A stretch of DNA of 64,000 nt from an uncultured Candidatus Entotheonella sp. (GCA_965217185.1 OZ244252.1:2560001-2624000); one strand, 5' to 3'; positions 41,677-52,067 are shown, counted from the stretch's first letter. Notes: generated by a model from the letters alone, not told the origin. A program made the numbers and translations.

Positions 41677-42210
41677 ATGGTTGAACATACCGATACTGCG
41701 GCAATAACTGATTGGCTGAAATTACAGGACGAGCAAAGCCTCGGGTCTCGAACTCGTCGCCTCAGTTATGTCATGGAAGTAATCCAGGTACCTCCAGGCA
41801 CCTTTGGCAGATTTCATGGAGAGATTTCTTATCTATGTTACGAGGAAGTACGTTTAGCCTACATTCATGGCTTGTATCTAGCAACAGTTCTGCTGTCTTT
41901 GTCATACGTGGAGCATCAACTTGCAGGCCAATTTCATGGAGCCGGAGAGTCATGGGTGAAGGATGCCAGATTGGAAAAACTCCTCGAAGAAGCATATCAG
42001 CGTGGCATGTTATCCGATGAGGAGTTCAAGGTATTTGATGATCTTCGCGGCATCAGAAATTCGTATGCTCATTTTCGTCATCCTGGCCATGCAACAGGAT
42101 TATTAAATCGATCTGTGGATCAGAATGCTCTACCCCGTGATGTGATGAAAGCGGACGCTGAGAGAGCTTTAGGGGCGTTTGGAAGTTTTCAAGGAAGACA
42201 AGTAGCGTGA
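41677..42210 (+). CDS. HEPN-like (DUF4145-like) protein
   Basis: YLATVLLSLSYVE helix and RNSYAH (Rx4H) motif; much lower GC than flanks. Confidence 0.7.
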   Translation: MVEHTDTAAITDWLKLQDEQSLGSRTRRLSYVMEVIQVPPGTFGRFHGEISYLCYEEVRLAYIHGLYLATVLLSLSYVEHQLAGQFHGAGESWVKDARLEKLLEEAYQRGMLSDEEFKVFDDLRGIRNSYAHFRHPGHATGLLNRSVDQNALPRDVMKADAERALGAFGSFQGRQVA

Positions 42211-42238
42211 CAAAGTGAGTCAGGAGTTGAAGGCGACC

Positions 42239-42553
42239 ATGACCGACCCCAACTGGCAGAACCGCACGATGTGGACGGGCGACAACCTGGACATCACGCG
42301 CGGCATGAACTCCGAATGGGTTGACCTGATCTACCTTGATCCGCCGTTCAACTCCAACCGTAACTACGCCGCGCCATCGGCTCAGAAGCGGCCGGCGCGG
42401 CGTTTTAAGACACCTGGACACTGAGCGACATGGACGAAGCGTGGCACGGCGAAGTGGCCCACCGCGAGCCCACCGGCTTCCTCTAACCTGCATTGCGACC
42501 CCACCGCCAGCCATTACCTCAAGACGCTAATGGATGCGGTGTTCGGGAAGGAA
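42239..42553 (+). pseudogene. N6A/N4C DNA methyltransferase remnant
   Basis: WTGDNLD..VDLIYLDPPFNS, frameshift or stop, DTWTLSD, internal deletion, LHCDPTASHYLKTLMDAVFG, then truncated. Confidence 0.85.
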
Positions 42554-42566
42554 GGATCACAGCACC

Positions 42567-43364
42567 ATGATAACCACCGCCCTGACCATCGCCGGCTCGG
42601 ATTCCGGTGGCGGCGCCGGCATTCAGGCCGATCTGAAGACCTTTGCGGCCCTCGGTGTGTACGGCACCAGTGCCATCACGGCCATTACGGCGCAGAATAC
42701 CTGCGGCGTTGACGCCGTGCAGGCCGTTGATGCCGACGTCGTGGCGGCCCAGATTCGCACCGTGGCGTCCGACATTCCCATCAGCGCCGCCAAGACCGGC
42801 ATGCTGTTTTCAACCGACATTATTCGCGCCGTCGCTGCCGCCGTGCGGGCCGCCAACCTGCCATTTCTGGTGGTTGACCCCGTCATGGTAGCCACGAGCG
42901 GCGACCGCCTGCTACAGCCCGACGCCGAGGCCAGCTTGCAAAACGAGATCATCCCCTTAGCCACCGTCGTGACGCCCAACTTGGCGGAAACGGAAGTGCT
43001 GACCGGAGCCAAGGTTCACACGCTCGACGACATGCGCGCCGCCGCCGAGCATCTGGTTGCACACGGCGCCGCCGCCGTGGTGGTGAAGGGCGGACATGCC
43101 ATGACCAAGGCCACGGACGTGTTCTACGACGGCAACCGCATGGAACTGCTGGAGAGCGTGGTGGTCGACACGACGAGCACGCACGGCACCGGCTGCACCT
43201 TTTCCGCCGCCATTTGCGCTTATCTGGCGCGCGGCGCCACCTTGCTGGAGGCCGTGCGCCGCGCCAAAACCTATCTCACCGGCGCCCTGCAGAACGCTGA
43301 CCCGATCGGGCAAGGCAGCGGGCCGGTGGGGCACTTTTGGAACGTCACCCATGCCGCGGATTAG
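42567..43364 (+). CDS. thiD: Hydroxymethylpyrimidine/phosphomethylpyrimidine kinase
   Basis: LTIAGSDSGGGAGIQADLKT, VVDPVM, THGTGC. Confidence 0.96.
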   Translation: MITTALTIAGSDSGGGAGIQADLKTFAALGVYGTSAITAITAQNTCGVDAVQAVDADVVAAQIRTVASDIPISAAKTGMLFSTDIIRAVAAAVRAANLPFLVVDPVMVATSGDRLLQPDAEASLQNEIIPLATVVTPNLAETEVLTGAKVHTLDDMRAAAEHLVAHGAAAVVVKGGHAMTKATDVFYDGNRMELLESVVVDTTSTHGTGCTFSAAICAYLARGATLLEAVRRAKTYLTGALQNADPIGQGSGPVGHFWNVTHAAD

Positions 43365-43386
43365 GACGCTCCGGGACGCCTTCCAC

Positions 43387-44091
43387 ATGACGCCGCATCC
43401 GCAGACACCGGGCCAGCCCCGCGTCACCCTCAGCAAGAAGGCAGCAGCCCCAGCCCCGGCTCGTCTGGGCGTTTTGGGCGGTGCTTACAATCCCATCACC
43501 CTGGCGCATCTGGCCGTTGCCGAAGCTGCCATGGCGCGTTTCGGCATCGACGAGGTGCTGTTTCTGCTGCCGCAGGTGCCGCCGCACAAAACGATCTTCG
43601 GCGCCTCCCTGGAGCAGCGTCTGGAAATGATGCGATTGGCGCTTGAGGACGCCCCGTATGCCGCCGTGGGGCTCAGTTCCCACGGCCTGTTCGTCGATAT
43701 GTACGAGGGTTTGCTGGCAGTCTATCCGCAGCGTCCGCAGGTGTATTTTCTCACCGGCCGCGACGCCGCTGAACGCATCCTTGCCTGGCACTACGACGAC
43801 GCCGAAGAGGCTCTGAAACGTATGTTCGAATCCTTTCAATTCATCGTCTGCTCGCGTCAAGGGGCTTTCAGCCTCCCGGACGACCCGCTTCTGACGCCGT
43901 ACCGCGACCGCATCCATAGCTGCCCTCTGCCGCCGCAGGCCGACGCGATTTCCGCCACCGAAGTGCGTGAGCGGTGCGAACGGGGTCTGCCCATCGACGA
44001 CCTCGTGGCCGCCCCCGTGGCCGATTACATCGCGGCGCACAAGCTGTATGCAGCCTCATCTTCCATGCAAGGTATCGACCCATGCACATAG
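43387..44091 (+). CDS. nadD: Nicotinate-nucleotide adenylyltransferase-like
   Basis: LGGAYNPITLAH, PPHK, FLTGRD, ISATEVR, YIAAHKLY. Confidence 0.8.
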   Translation: MTPHPQTPGQPRVTLSKKAAAPAPARLGVLGGAYNPITLAHLAVAEAAMARFGIDEVLFLLPQVPPHKTIFGASLEQRLEMMRLALEDAPYAAVGLSSHGLFVDMYEGLLAVYPQRPQVYFLTGRDAAERILAWHYDDAEEALKRMFESFQFIVCSRQGAFSLPDDPLLTPYRDRIHSCPLPPQADAISATEVRERCERGLPIDDLVAAPVADYIAAHKLYAASSSMQGIDPCT

Positions 44092-45137
44092 GCATCATCG
44101 GACTCCCTTCCTGTGGCAAGACCACCGTTTTTCGCGCTCTGACCAGCGCCGCCGCGCCGACCCAAACCTCGCGCACCGGCGGCAAGGGCGATACCCGCGT
44201 GGTCGAAGTCCCGGACGCCCGCCTGCAAACGCTGGCGGACCTGTACAACCCTCGCAAGGTCACGCCCGCCGTGATGTCGTTTGTCGATCCCGTCCTGACC
44301 GGCCAGACGGGCGCGCATTTCGCCGAAAGCCTGCTGACCCTGATGCGGGACGCCGACGCCCTGGCCCACGTGGTGGGTGTGTTCGGCGACGACGTTGACC
44401 CGTTGGGCGATTTCAATGACCTCAACAACGAGGTGTTGCTGGCCGATCTCGCCGTGGTGGAAAAGCGCCTGGAGCGGGTCACCAAGGACTTCGGGAAAAT
44501 GAAGCGGGCGGACCTGCAACGGGAGCAACAGTTGCTACGTCGCTGCCAGGAAGCTCTGGAAGCGGAATGCCCGCTGCGCCGTCTGCCGTTCAGCGAAGAC
44601 GAGCAAAAAGTTCTGCGCGGTTTTGGTCTGCTGAGCAGCAAGGCGCAGCTGGTGGTGCTCAATCTCGATGAGGCCCGCCGCCCGGCCGCCGAAGCACTGG
44701 CTGGGAATTTCAGCGAAAAGTTGGCGGATGACGATGTGCAGGTCATCACCGTATACGGGCAGATCGAGAGCGAAATGACCCAGCTCGACCCCGAAGAGGC
44801 CGAGCTTTTTCAACAAGACCTCGGCCTGCAGGAATCTGGTCTTGACCGCTTCATCCGGGCCTCCTACGCGCTTCTTGGCCTGTGCTCGTTCTTCACGGCC
44901 GGCGAAAAAGATGTGCGCGCCTGGACCATCCCGCACGGTGCTGTGGCGCAACAAGCCGCCGGCGTCATTCACTCCGACTTGGCCCGTGGCTTCATCCGCG
45001 CCGAGGTTATCCATTTCGACGACCTGGTGGCCAGCGGCTCTATGGCCAAGGGCCGCGAGGCCGGCAAGCTGCGCATCGAAGGCAAGACGTATCCGGTTCA
45101 GGACGGCGACGTCCTGACCATCCGTTTCAACGTGTAG
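44082..45137 (+). CDS. ychF: Ribosome-binding ATPase YchF
   Basis: GIIGLPSCGKTT, VPDARL, FFTAG..VRAWTI, AAGVIHSD..RGFIRAEV, EGKTY.VQDGD. Confidence 0.92.
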   Translation: MHIGIIGLPSCGKTTVFRALTSAAAPTQTSRTGGKGDTRVVEVPDARLQTLADLYNPRKVTPAVMSFVDPVLTGQTGAHFAESLLTLMRDADALAHVVGVFGDDVDPLGDFNDLNNEVLLADLAVVEKRLERVTKDFGKMKRADLQREQQLLRRCQEALEAECPLRRLPFSEDEQKVLRGFGLLSSKAQLVVLNLDEARRPAAEALAGNFSEKLADDDVQVITVYGQIESEMTQLDPEEAELFQQDLGLQESGLDRFIRASYALLGLCSFFTAGEKDVRAWTIPHGAVAQQAAGVIHSDLARGFIRAEVIHFDDLVASGSMAKGREAGKLRIEGKTYPVQDGDVLTIRFNV

Positions 45138-45161
45138 GCATCTGAAAGCAAGGAGCTAGTC

Positions 45162-46400
45162 ATGGCAGACAAGGCCCTGGAGGGCGTGCGCATCCTGGAC
45201 ATGACCCACGTGCAGTCGGGTCCGTCGTGCACCCAGATTCTCGGATTTCTCGGCGCCGACGTCATCAAGCTGGAGCCCCCCGGACGCGGCGACATCACCC
45301 GCGGGCAGTTGCGCGATATGCCGGATGTGGACAGCCTCTACTTCACCATGCTCAACTGCAACAAACGCAGCATCACCCTGAACCTCAAGAGCGAGCAGGG
45401 CAAGACGATCTTCACCGAGGTGCTCAAGACCTCCGACGTGGTGGTCGAGAACTTCGGGCCGGGCGTGCTGGCCCGACTGGGCTTCCCGTGGGAGACGATC
45501 CAGGCGATCAACCCGCGCGCCATCTACGCCTCGATCAAGGGCTTCGGTTCCTACGGCCCAAAGAAAGATTTCAAGGCGTACGAACCCATCGCCCAGGCCA
45601 TGGGCGGCTCCATGAGCACCACCGGCCTGGCCGACGGGCCGCCGCTGTGCACAGGCTCGCAGGTCGGCGATTCGGGCTCCGGCATTCACATGGTGGCGGC
45701 CATTCTGGCGGCGCTGTTCCAGCGCACCCACACGGGCCTCGGCCAACGCGTCGAGGTGGCCATGCAGGACAGCGTGCTCAATCTGGTTCGCGTCAAGATG
45801 CGCGATCACCAGCGGCTGCAGCGCGGCCCGTTGCCCGAGTACCCAATTGAGCACTTCGACGACGCGGTGCCGCGCTCCGGCAACGCCTCGGGCGGCGGTC
45901 ATCCCGGTACTGCCCTGCGCTGCAAGCCCGGCGGCCCGAACGACTACATTTACGTGGTCTTCCAGCCGCAGATATGGGATGCCCTGTTGCGCACCATGGG
46001 GCGTGAGGACCTGATTGACGATGAGCGCTTCGCCACCCCGGCGGCGCGCCTGCAGCGTCTTGACGAGGTGTACGCCCTGGTGGAGTCGTGGACGCTGAAA
46101 TACACCAAGTTCGAGGTGATGGAGCATCTGAACGCGATAAATGTGCCCTGCGGCCCGGTGCTGGACAGCGCCGACCTGTTTGAGGACGACCACTTGCGGG
46201 CGCGCGACATGATCGTCGAAGTGCCGCACCCGCAGCGCGGCTCCTTCAAGACGGTCGGCAGCCCGCTGAAATTGTCGGATTCGGCGGTGGACATTACCTC
46301 GTCTCCGCTGCTGGGCGAGCACACCGCCGAGGTCTTGGAACAGGTGATGGGCTACGGCACGGACGAGGTCGACAAACTGCGACAGGACGGGGTGATTTAA
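45162..46400 (+). CDS. frc: Formyl-CoA transferase (class III CoA transferase)
   Basis: DMTHVQSGPSCTQ, GDITRGQLRD, DSLYFTMLNCNKRS, GDSGSG, PRSGNASGGGHPG. Confidence 0.92.
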   Translation: MADKALEGVRILDMTHVQSGPSCTQILGFLGADVIKLEPPGRGDITRGQLRDMPDVDSLYFTMLNCNKRSITLNLKSEQGKTIFTEVLKTSDVVVENFGPGVLARLGFPWETIQAINPRAIYASIKGFGSYGPKKDFKAYEPIAQAMGGSMSTTGLADGPPLCTGSQVGDSGSGIHMVAAILAALFQRTHTGLGQRVEVAMQDSVLNLVRVKMRDHQRLQRGPLPEYPIEHFDDAVPRSGNASGGGHPGTALRCKPGGPNDYIYVVFQPQIWDALLRTMGREDLIDDERFATPAARLQRLDEVYALVESWTLKYTKFEVMEHLNAINVPCGPVLDSADLFEDDHLRARDMIVEVPHPQRGSFKTVGSPLKLSDSAVDITSSPLLGEHTAEVLEQVMGYGTDEVDKLRQDGVI

Positions 46401-47397
46401 GCCGGTATTTGCAGTCGGGTGTATCCCAGGTCGGAGGGGTTGAATTGGAACGTACCATCCACCATAGCCCGCAGCGTCTGAATGACTGCCTCGGCCGGCA
46501 TGTTGTCCAGGGCCGGCGGTCCCGGCGACACGGGGGACATGACGCAAGCCTGCTGGCTGCGCGGTCCCCACACCAGCGGGTCGGTGGGGCCGAACAAAGC
46601 CAGGGTGGGGATGCCAACAGCGGCCGCGAGATGGGTGACGCCGGAATCGTGACCCACGAAGAGCTCGCACCTCGCCAAGATCGCCGCCAATTCCGGCAAG
46701 GGCACATTTCGCAGCACCTTCCACGTAGGGCCGAGAGCGCTGAGCAACGGGCCGATGCCGCGCTCTTCCTCGACCGGCCCGCAAATCAGGACACCGGGCG
46801 CTCCCTCCTTGGCTGCCACGCCAACACTTGTTGTCAGCCTTTCAAGGGCCACAGCTTATGCCGTCCACCGCCGCCGGGATGCACCGCCAGCACACTGCGT
46901 TGCGGCAATCCCGCCGATTGCCAGAATCGATCAGCGGCTTGCCGGTGCTCCATACCGGGAAACACGCGGGGCTCAGCAGGTGGGACTTGGCTCGCCAATC
47001 CCAGAAGCGGCTGGAGAAGATGGTCGGTCACGTGTACCCCGGCCGCTCGGATGCGGTGGCCAAGTAATGACCTCGCCGGAGCAGTACCGCTTGAGGTTGT
47101 TTGTGAAGGCCACATCAGGTGTCGGCATGTAAGACAGGATCAGGTCGAACCCGCTCAGGTAAGCCGCCAGTTGCTGCGGCACTCGGGGTTCATGGCCGAA
47201 CAGCCGGTAGATTTCCACTACTCAGCGTCAACGATAGCGTCGGCATAGACAGGGTGGCGCGTCAGGCAGCGCTGCTTGGCGGCACCCATCACGTCAACGC
47301 GCGCCCTTGGAAACGCTAGCCGCAGTGCGCCGATCGCCGGCAGGTTGAGAATCACGTCGCCGACCGCTCCGCCGTGTATGACAAGTATCTGTTGCAC
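46397..47397 (-). pseudogene. Glycosyltransferase family 9 (heptosyltransferase-like), disrupted
   Basis: ILVIHGGAVGDVIL; stop and shift near 47218; HVTDHLL; HPGGGGRHKLWP; FVGHDSGVTHLAAA..LFGPT spread over several frames. Confidence 0.85.
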
Positions 47398-47512
47398 GAC
47401 ACCCCCATGGAAACGCCAGCGCCGAGCTGCCGTTTTCAGGTTGATAGCCCTCTTTTGCCTATGGCCTAAGTACAACAAGATTACGGCGAACAAGGATCAC
47501 TCGCAAAACCCG

Positions 47513-48112
47513 ATGAGGAAGGACCTGCACGGCGAGCCGGCCACAGAGGCGCAGCTTACCTTTCCTTATGGTGTGGCGACCGACGCCGACGGCAACTTCT
47601 ACATCGCAGATACGGAGAATCACAGGATTCGCAAGGTGGATGCCCAGGGCATGATCACGACCATTGCCGGTTCGGGCGAACGCAGCTTCAGTGGCGACGA
47701 AGGTCCCGCCGCTGAAGCGCAATTCAGCCTTCCGGTCGGGTTCGAAATCGACGTGGACGGCAACATCTATATCGCGGATTATGCCTACCCACGCAACCGG
47801 ATTCGCAAAATTGATACAGCGGGGATCATCACCACCATTGCTGAAACGGCCTCCCTCGGCGGCGTGACGGTGGACGCGGACGGCAACGTTTACGTTGTGG
47901 AATCGAGCGTCGGGCGGGTTCTAAAATTGAGTCCGTCCGGCGTGCTCAGCATTATAGCCGGGTCGGCGCACGTCGGTTACGGCGGCGACGGTGGGCCGGC
48001 CACGCTGGCGCAACTTGATGTACCCAAAGGGATCGAAGTCGATGCAGACGGCAACGTCTACGTCGTTGATTCGGAAAACAACCGGGTTCGTAAGCTGACA
48101 CCTAACAGGTGA
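47513..48112 (+). CDS. NHL-repeat protein, probably a C-terminal fragment
   Basis: Repeated PxGVAxDxDGNxYIADxxNHRIRKV and GDGGPATLAQL. Confidence 0.8.
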   Translation: MRKDLHGEPATEAQLTFPYGVATDADGNFYIADTENHRIRKVDAQGMITTIAGSGERSFSGDEGPAAEAQFSLPVGFEIDVDGNIYIADYAYPRNRIRKIDTAGIITTIAETASLGGVTVDADGNVYVVESSVGRVLKLSPSGVLSIIAGSAHVGYGGDGGPATLAQLDVPKGIEVDADGNVYVVDSENNRVRKLTPNR

Positions 48113-48189
48113 GACAACTGACCTGTGAAACCAGAGAGAAGCTGTCAAGCGGCGAGGCTGCCGCGGCAGCTTCTCTCGTCCTTCCCCGC

Positions 48190-50034
48190 CTACCTTTCCA
48201 CTGTCATTACAGGCAAACCGGCCATGTGCATGATCTTCAACGCATTCGTCGTCGGGCAAGGCCCCGAGCGCAGCCGGTAATCGAACACCATTCGACCGTC
48301 GCTGATCTCTTCCCGGAAATGGAAGTTGTGAATCCCCGGCACGTCGTCGGCCATGCCGACGAGTTCCAGGTCGTGGGTGGAAATCACGCCGACGCCGCGG
48401 CCCATGGCGAGGGCCTTGATGTAAGCGCGGCTGCCGGCCAAGCGCTCGTGGTTGTTGGTGCCGCGGAAAATTTCGTCGATCAGGAACAACAGCGGCGTTT
48501 CGTGCTCGGCGTTCAATGCGGTCAGCAGGGCCTTGAGGCGCCGCACCTCGGCGTAAAAATACGAAATGCCGTCCGTTACCGAGTCCGCGACCTGGATGCA
48601 CGTAAACAGCCGCAGCGGCACGGTGCGCAGCTCTTCAGCGTGCACTGAAGCGCCGGCGTAGGCCAGGCACAGGTTGACCCCCAGAGTGCGCAGAAATGTG
48701 CTCTTGCCCGACATGTTGGAGCCGGTGATGAGAGCAATTTCGCCCGGCGCGTCGAAACTGAAATCATTGTGCACGCGCTCGGCATCCGGCAAAAGCGGAT
48801 GCCCCAGGGCGCGCGCCTGCAGAATCGGTTCGCCCTGTGGCACGATTTCCGGGAAGACGTTGTCGGGGTGCAGGTAGCTGTGGGTGGCCAGGGCGCTCAG
48901 GGCTTCCAGGTCGTACCAGGTATGAATCCACACCGGCAGCGTTGCCTTAGCCGACGCCTTGTACCGATTCAGCCGATCGGCGAAGAACAAGTCCCACGGC
49001 ACCAGGACGTTCACCAGAAAGCCGAGCAGGTGGCTCTGTTGCACCCCGGCGGCGCCCGCAATACGCACGATGCTGCGCACCGACGCCGACGGCCGGCTGG
49101 CGGCACGCCAATATGGCTCGCACAGCTTGGCAAGGTGTGGCGTCCTGCCGTAAGGGAATCCCTCCAGGTAAATCAACACGGCGCGCAAATGCCGCAGCAC
49201 CCTTTCGAGCTGGTAGGCATCGGAGAACAGGTTGCGGGCCTCCCGGTGCTTGTAGGTATACAGAACGAGGTAGGCCAGTAACGTTGCGGCCCACAACGGC
49301 GGCAGGTGACCCAGGGCGTACAGGGCCGCGAGTGCGATGTTGGCGAGTGACAAGAGGCCGAGGCCCCACACCCATGGCGTCAACCGGGGCGGCGACTCCT
49401 CCAGAAGCCAATCGACGATCTTATCGGCAGACCAGCGCGCCTGCGGCTGCGTGCCGAGCAGGATGCCATGCAGGTGGAGCCGGTCGCGGAAGCGCGCGAG
49501 CGGTATCAATTCACGGATGATCTGCTGGCGTTCGCGCACCGCTTCAGGGGTCTCCAGCGGGTCCAGGAGCCAGGTGCGCAACCGCGCGCAGCCGCCGTAC
49601 GACGCACTGGTGTCGAGAAGATGGTGCACGGAACGTGGGCCGAACAGGTTCAAGTCGGCGGCGAACGGATGTTCCGGGTCCGGCGGCAGGTCGGGCGGTT
49701 GTGGAACGTTCGCCCAGTCGCGCGTCAGGCGTGCCACGTGGTTGGACTTGATGCGTTTCCACACGGCGTGCCGGATAACGCTGTGATACACACGACGATG
49801 CCAGACCGCTGCCACCACGAAAGCGGCACCAAACACGCCGAGAGTGAGCCAAGTGAAGCTGCCGCCGAGAAAGCGTTCAGCTACGAGCGCGCAGCAAATC
49901 CCCACCAGCACCAGGGCGATCCGAAGGCGCGAAAATTTCCGGCTCAGCCGATCCAGACGCAGCAAGCGGCCATCCAGCAGTTTAATTTGGCGTCGTAACG
50001 CATCCAATCGGCGTTGGCTGGCGTGTGAAATCAT
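48190..50034 (-). CDS. MutS-related ATPase (domain V with TM segments)
   Basis: ITGSNMSGKSTFLR, SYFYAE, LIDEIFRGTN, STHDLEL. Confidence 0.9.
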   Translation of the reverse strand: MISHASQRRLDALRRQIKLLDGRLLRLDRLSRKFSRLRIALVLVGICCALVAERFLGGSFTWLTLGVFGAAFVVAAVWHRRVYHSVIRHAVWKRIKSNHVARLTRDWANVPQPPDLPPDPEHPFAADLNLFGPRSVHHLLDTSASYGGCARLRTWLLDPLETPEAVRERQQIIRELIPLARFRDRLHLHGILLGTQPQARWSADKIVDWLLEESPPRLTPWVWGLGLLSLANIALAALYALGHLPPLWAATLLAYLVLYTYKHREARNLFSDAYQLERVLRHLRAVLIYLEGFPYGRTPHLAKLCEPYWRAASRPSASVRSIVRIAGAAGVQQSHLLGFLVNVLVPWDLFFADRLNRYKASAKATLPVWIHTWYDLEALSALATHSYLHPDNVFPEIVPQGEPILQARALGHPLLPDAERVHNDFSFDAPGEIALITGSNMSGKSTFLRTLGVNLCLAYAGASVHAEELRTVPLRLFTCIQVADSVTDGISYFYAEVRRLKALLTALNAEHETPLLFLIDEIFRGTNNHERLAGSRAYIKALAMGRGVGVISTHDLELVGMADDVPGIHNFHFREEISDGRMVFDYRLRSGPCPTTNALKIMHMAGLPVMTVER

Positions 50035-50172
50035 CGGAAAGTCGGCTCCGTTCTCTGGGAAAATGACTGTGGCTGCCTGCTGGCGTAACTTGACAGGCAA
50101 CCCAGACGCATGATGTTGTAAAATGGTCTGCTGTCAGGTCAAGGACAAGGACTTGAAAATGGAGCAACAGAT

Positions 50173-52050
50173 ATGTTTCACCAGCAACAATTGAAAAGTT
50201 ACGTTGGCGCCGGTCGTTCTTGGCATTATGAGCCTGGGGCGGGCGGTGCGGTCCACCGGAAAAGGCGATGGCTACGCATCGGCGCGCTTCTTGCCGCTCT
50301 TGCAGCGCTGACCCTGCTCGCCTGCTCGGACGATAGGCCAGGCATCGTGTCTGACAGCCCAAGCACCATTGCAGAAGAACTCAAACAGAATGCCGAGGCG
50401 TTCGAATACGCCATTGGGGAACCCGGTGGCACCTTAACGGTTGCCACCATTTCCGAGCCGCTGACCCTGAATCTGGCTATCGCGAATGACGCCGGGTCGT
50501 CGGGCGTCCTGGGGTATCTCTTCGAGGGCCTGACCGAGACCTCTTGGCTGACTGACGAAGTCGAACCGGCGCTGGCCGAGTCCTGGACGCATTCGGAGGA
50601 CGGCCTGACCTGGATTTTCCTCTTGCGCACGGACGTGACGTGGCACGACGGAACACCTTTCACGGCGCACGACGTGGCGTTCACGTTCAATGACATTATC
50701 TACAACGAAGATATTGAAGGGGTGAATGCCCGGGCCGCGTTCAACTTCCGGTTCCTGGACGAGGAGACCGGTGTCTGGAAGACGGAAGCCATGACCGTCA
50801 CGGCACTGGATGATTATACAGTCCGGTGCGATCTGCCGGTGCTGTTCGCCCCCTTCCTCCGTTCCATGGGCACCGCGATCTATCCCAGGCACATCCTCGA
50901 GCAGCACGTGGACGACGGCACCTTTGCCGAGGTGTGGGACATCAGCACGGACCCGGCGGAGGTCATCGGCACCGGCCCCTTTACCATCGAGCGTTACGAC
51001 CCCGGTGAACGTGTGGTCTTTCAGCGCAACCCCGATTACTGGCTCAAGGACGATGCCGGCAACTCGCTGCCGTACCTGGACGAAATCGTTCGCCTCATCG
51101 TCCCCGACTTGGAGGCCGAACTCGCCAAGTTCAAGGCCGGCGAGGTCGACGTCCACGGCGTGTTGGGCGAGGAGTTCGCGGAACTCGAACCGCTGCAGGC
51201 GGAAGGGAACTTCACGATCTACAAGCGCGGCCCAGGTTTCGGATCAACGCTGCTGGCGTTCAACATGAACCCCGATGCAGGCTTAGCGGAGAAGCTGACG
51301 TGGTTCCAGAACACCCAGTTCCGCCAAGCTGTCGCGCACAGTATCGACAAGGACAGGATCATCGACGAAGTGCAGCACGGACTCGGCCACCCGCAGTGGT
51401 CCTCCGTCAGTCCGGCCGCGGGCAGCTTTCACAATCCCGACGTGCGTCGATACGAATACGACGTCGTCGAAGCCAACCGCATCCTTGATGAGCTTGGCTG
51501 GATGGATACCAACGGGGACGGAATACGCGAAGACAGCGAGGGCAACCCAATCGTTTTCTCATTGGCGACCAACACCCAAAACAGCGTGCGTGAGAAGATC
51601 GGCAGGATCATCCAGCAGGCCCTTGAGGACATCAGCGTCCAGGCGGATTACAACCTGATCGAGTTCGGAGAACTCGTCGCCCAGTTGACCACTTCCTATG
51701 ACTGGGACGCCATCCTTGTAGGTTTCAGCGGCGGCCCCGACCCCTATAGCGGTATCGTTTTCTGGCACAGCAGCGAGAACCTGCACCTGTGGTATCCGAA
51801 CCAGCTACAGCCGGCGACGGATTGGGAGGCCGAAATTGACGATCTTTACGTGATGGCCAGCCAGGAACTGGACTACGACGAGCGCGTCAAGCTCTACCAC
51901 CGCGCCCAGGAAATCGCCGCCGAGAACGTGCCGGTCATTTACACGACACTGGGAGAACGGCTGAGCGCAGTCCGAAACGTCTTCGGCAACACGACGCCCA
52001 CGCTGTACGGGCTTTGGGATAACCGCTATCTGTATCGAACGGACCAATAA
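50173..52050 (+). CDS. ABC substrate-binding lipoprotein, paralog of 21266..23074
   Basis: Lipobox LLAC; shared segments LKQNA, GYLFEGLTE.SWLT, LHLWYP, TPTLYGL. Confidence 0.92.
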   Translation: MFHQQQLKSYVGAGRSWHYEPGAGGAVHRKRRWLRIGALLAALAALTLLACSDDRPGIVSDSPSTIAEELKQNAEAFEYAIGEPGGTLTVATISEPLTLNLAIANDAGSSGVLGYLFEGLTETSWLTDEVEPALAESWTHSEDGLTWIFLLRTDVTWHDGTPFTAHDVAFTFNDIIYNEDIEGVNARAAFNFRFLDEETGVWKTEAMTVTALDDYTVRCDLPVLFAPFLRSMGTAIYPRHILEQHVDDGTFAEVWDISTDPAEVIGTGPFTIERYDPGERVVFQRNPDYWLKDDAGNSLPYLDEIVRLIVPDLEAELAKFKAGEVDVHGVLGEEFAELEPLQAEGNFTIYKRGPGFGSTLLAFNMNPDAGLAEKLTWFQNTQFRQAVAHSIDKDRIIDEVQHGLGHPQWSSVSPAAGSFHNPDVRRYEYDVVEANRILDELGWMDTNGDGIREDSEGNPIVFSLATNTQNSVREKIGRIIQQALEDISVQADYNLIEFGELVAQLTTSYDWDAILVGFSGGPDPYSGIVFWHSSENLHLWYPNQLQPATDWEAEIDDLYVMASQELDYDERVKLYHRAQEIAAENVPVIYTTLGERLSAVRNVFGNTTPTLYGLWDNRYLYRTDQ

Positions 52051-52067
52051 CGACGTCCTGCCTTTCT

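Noticed and set aside
42534..42566. N-terminal extension of thiD
   Set aside because: Overlaps the methyltransferase remnant; ATG 42567 has a GGAAGGAAGG-type RBS and a typical ThiD start.
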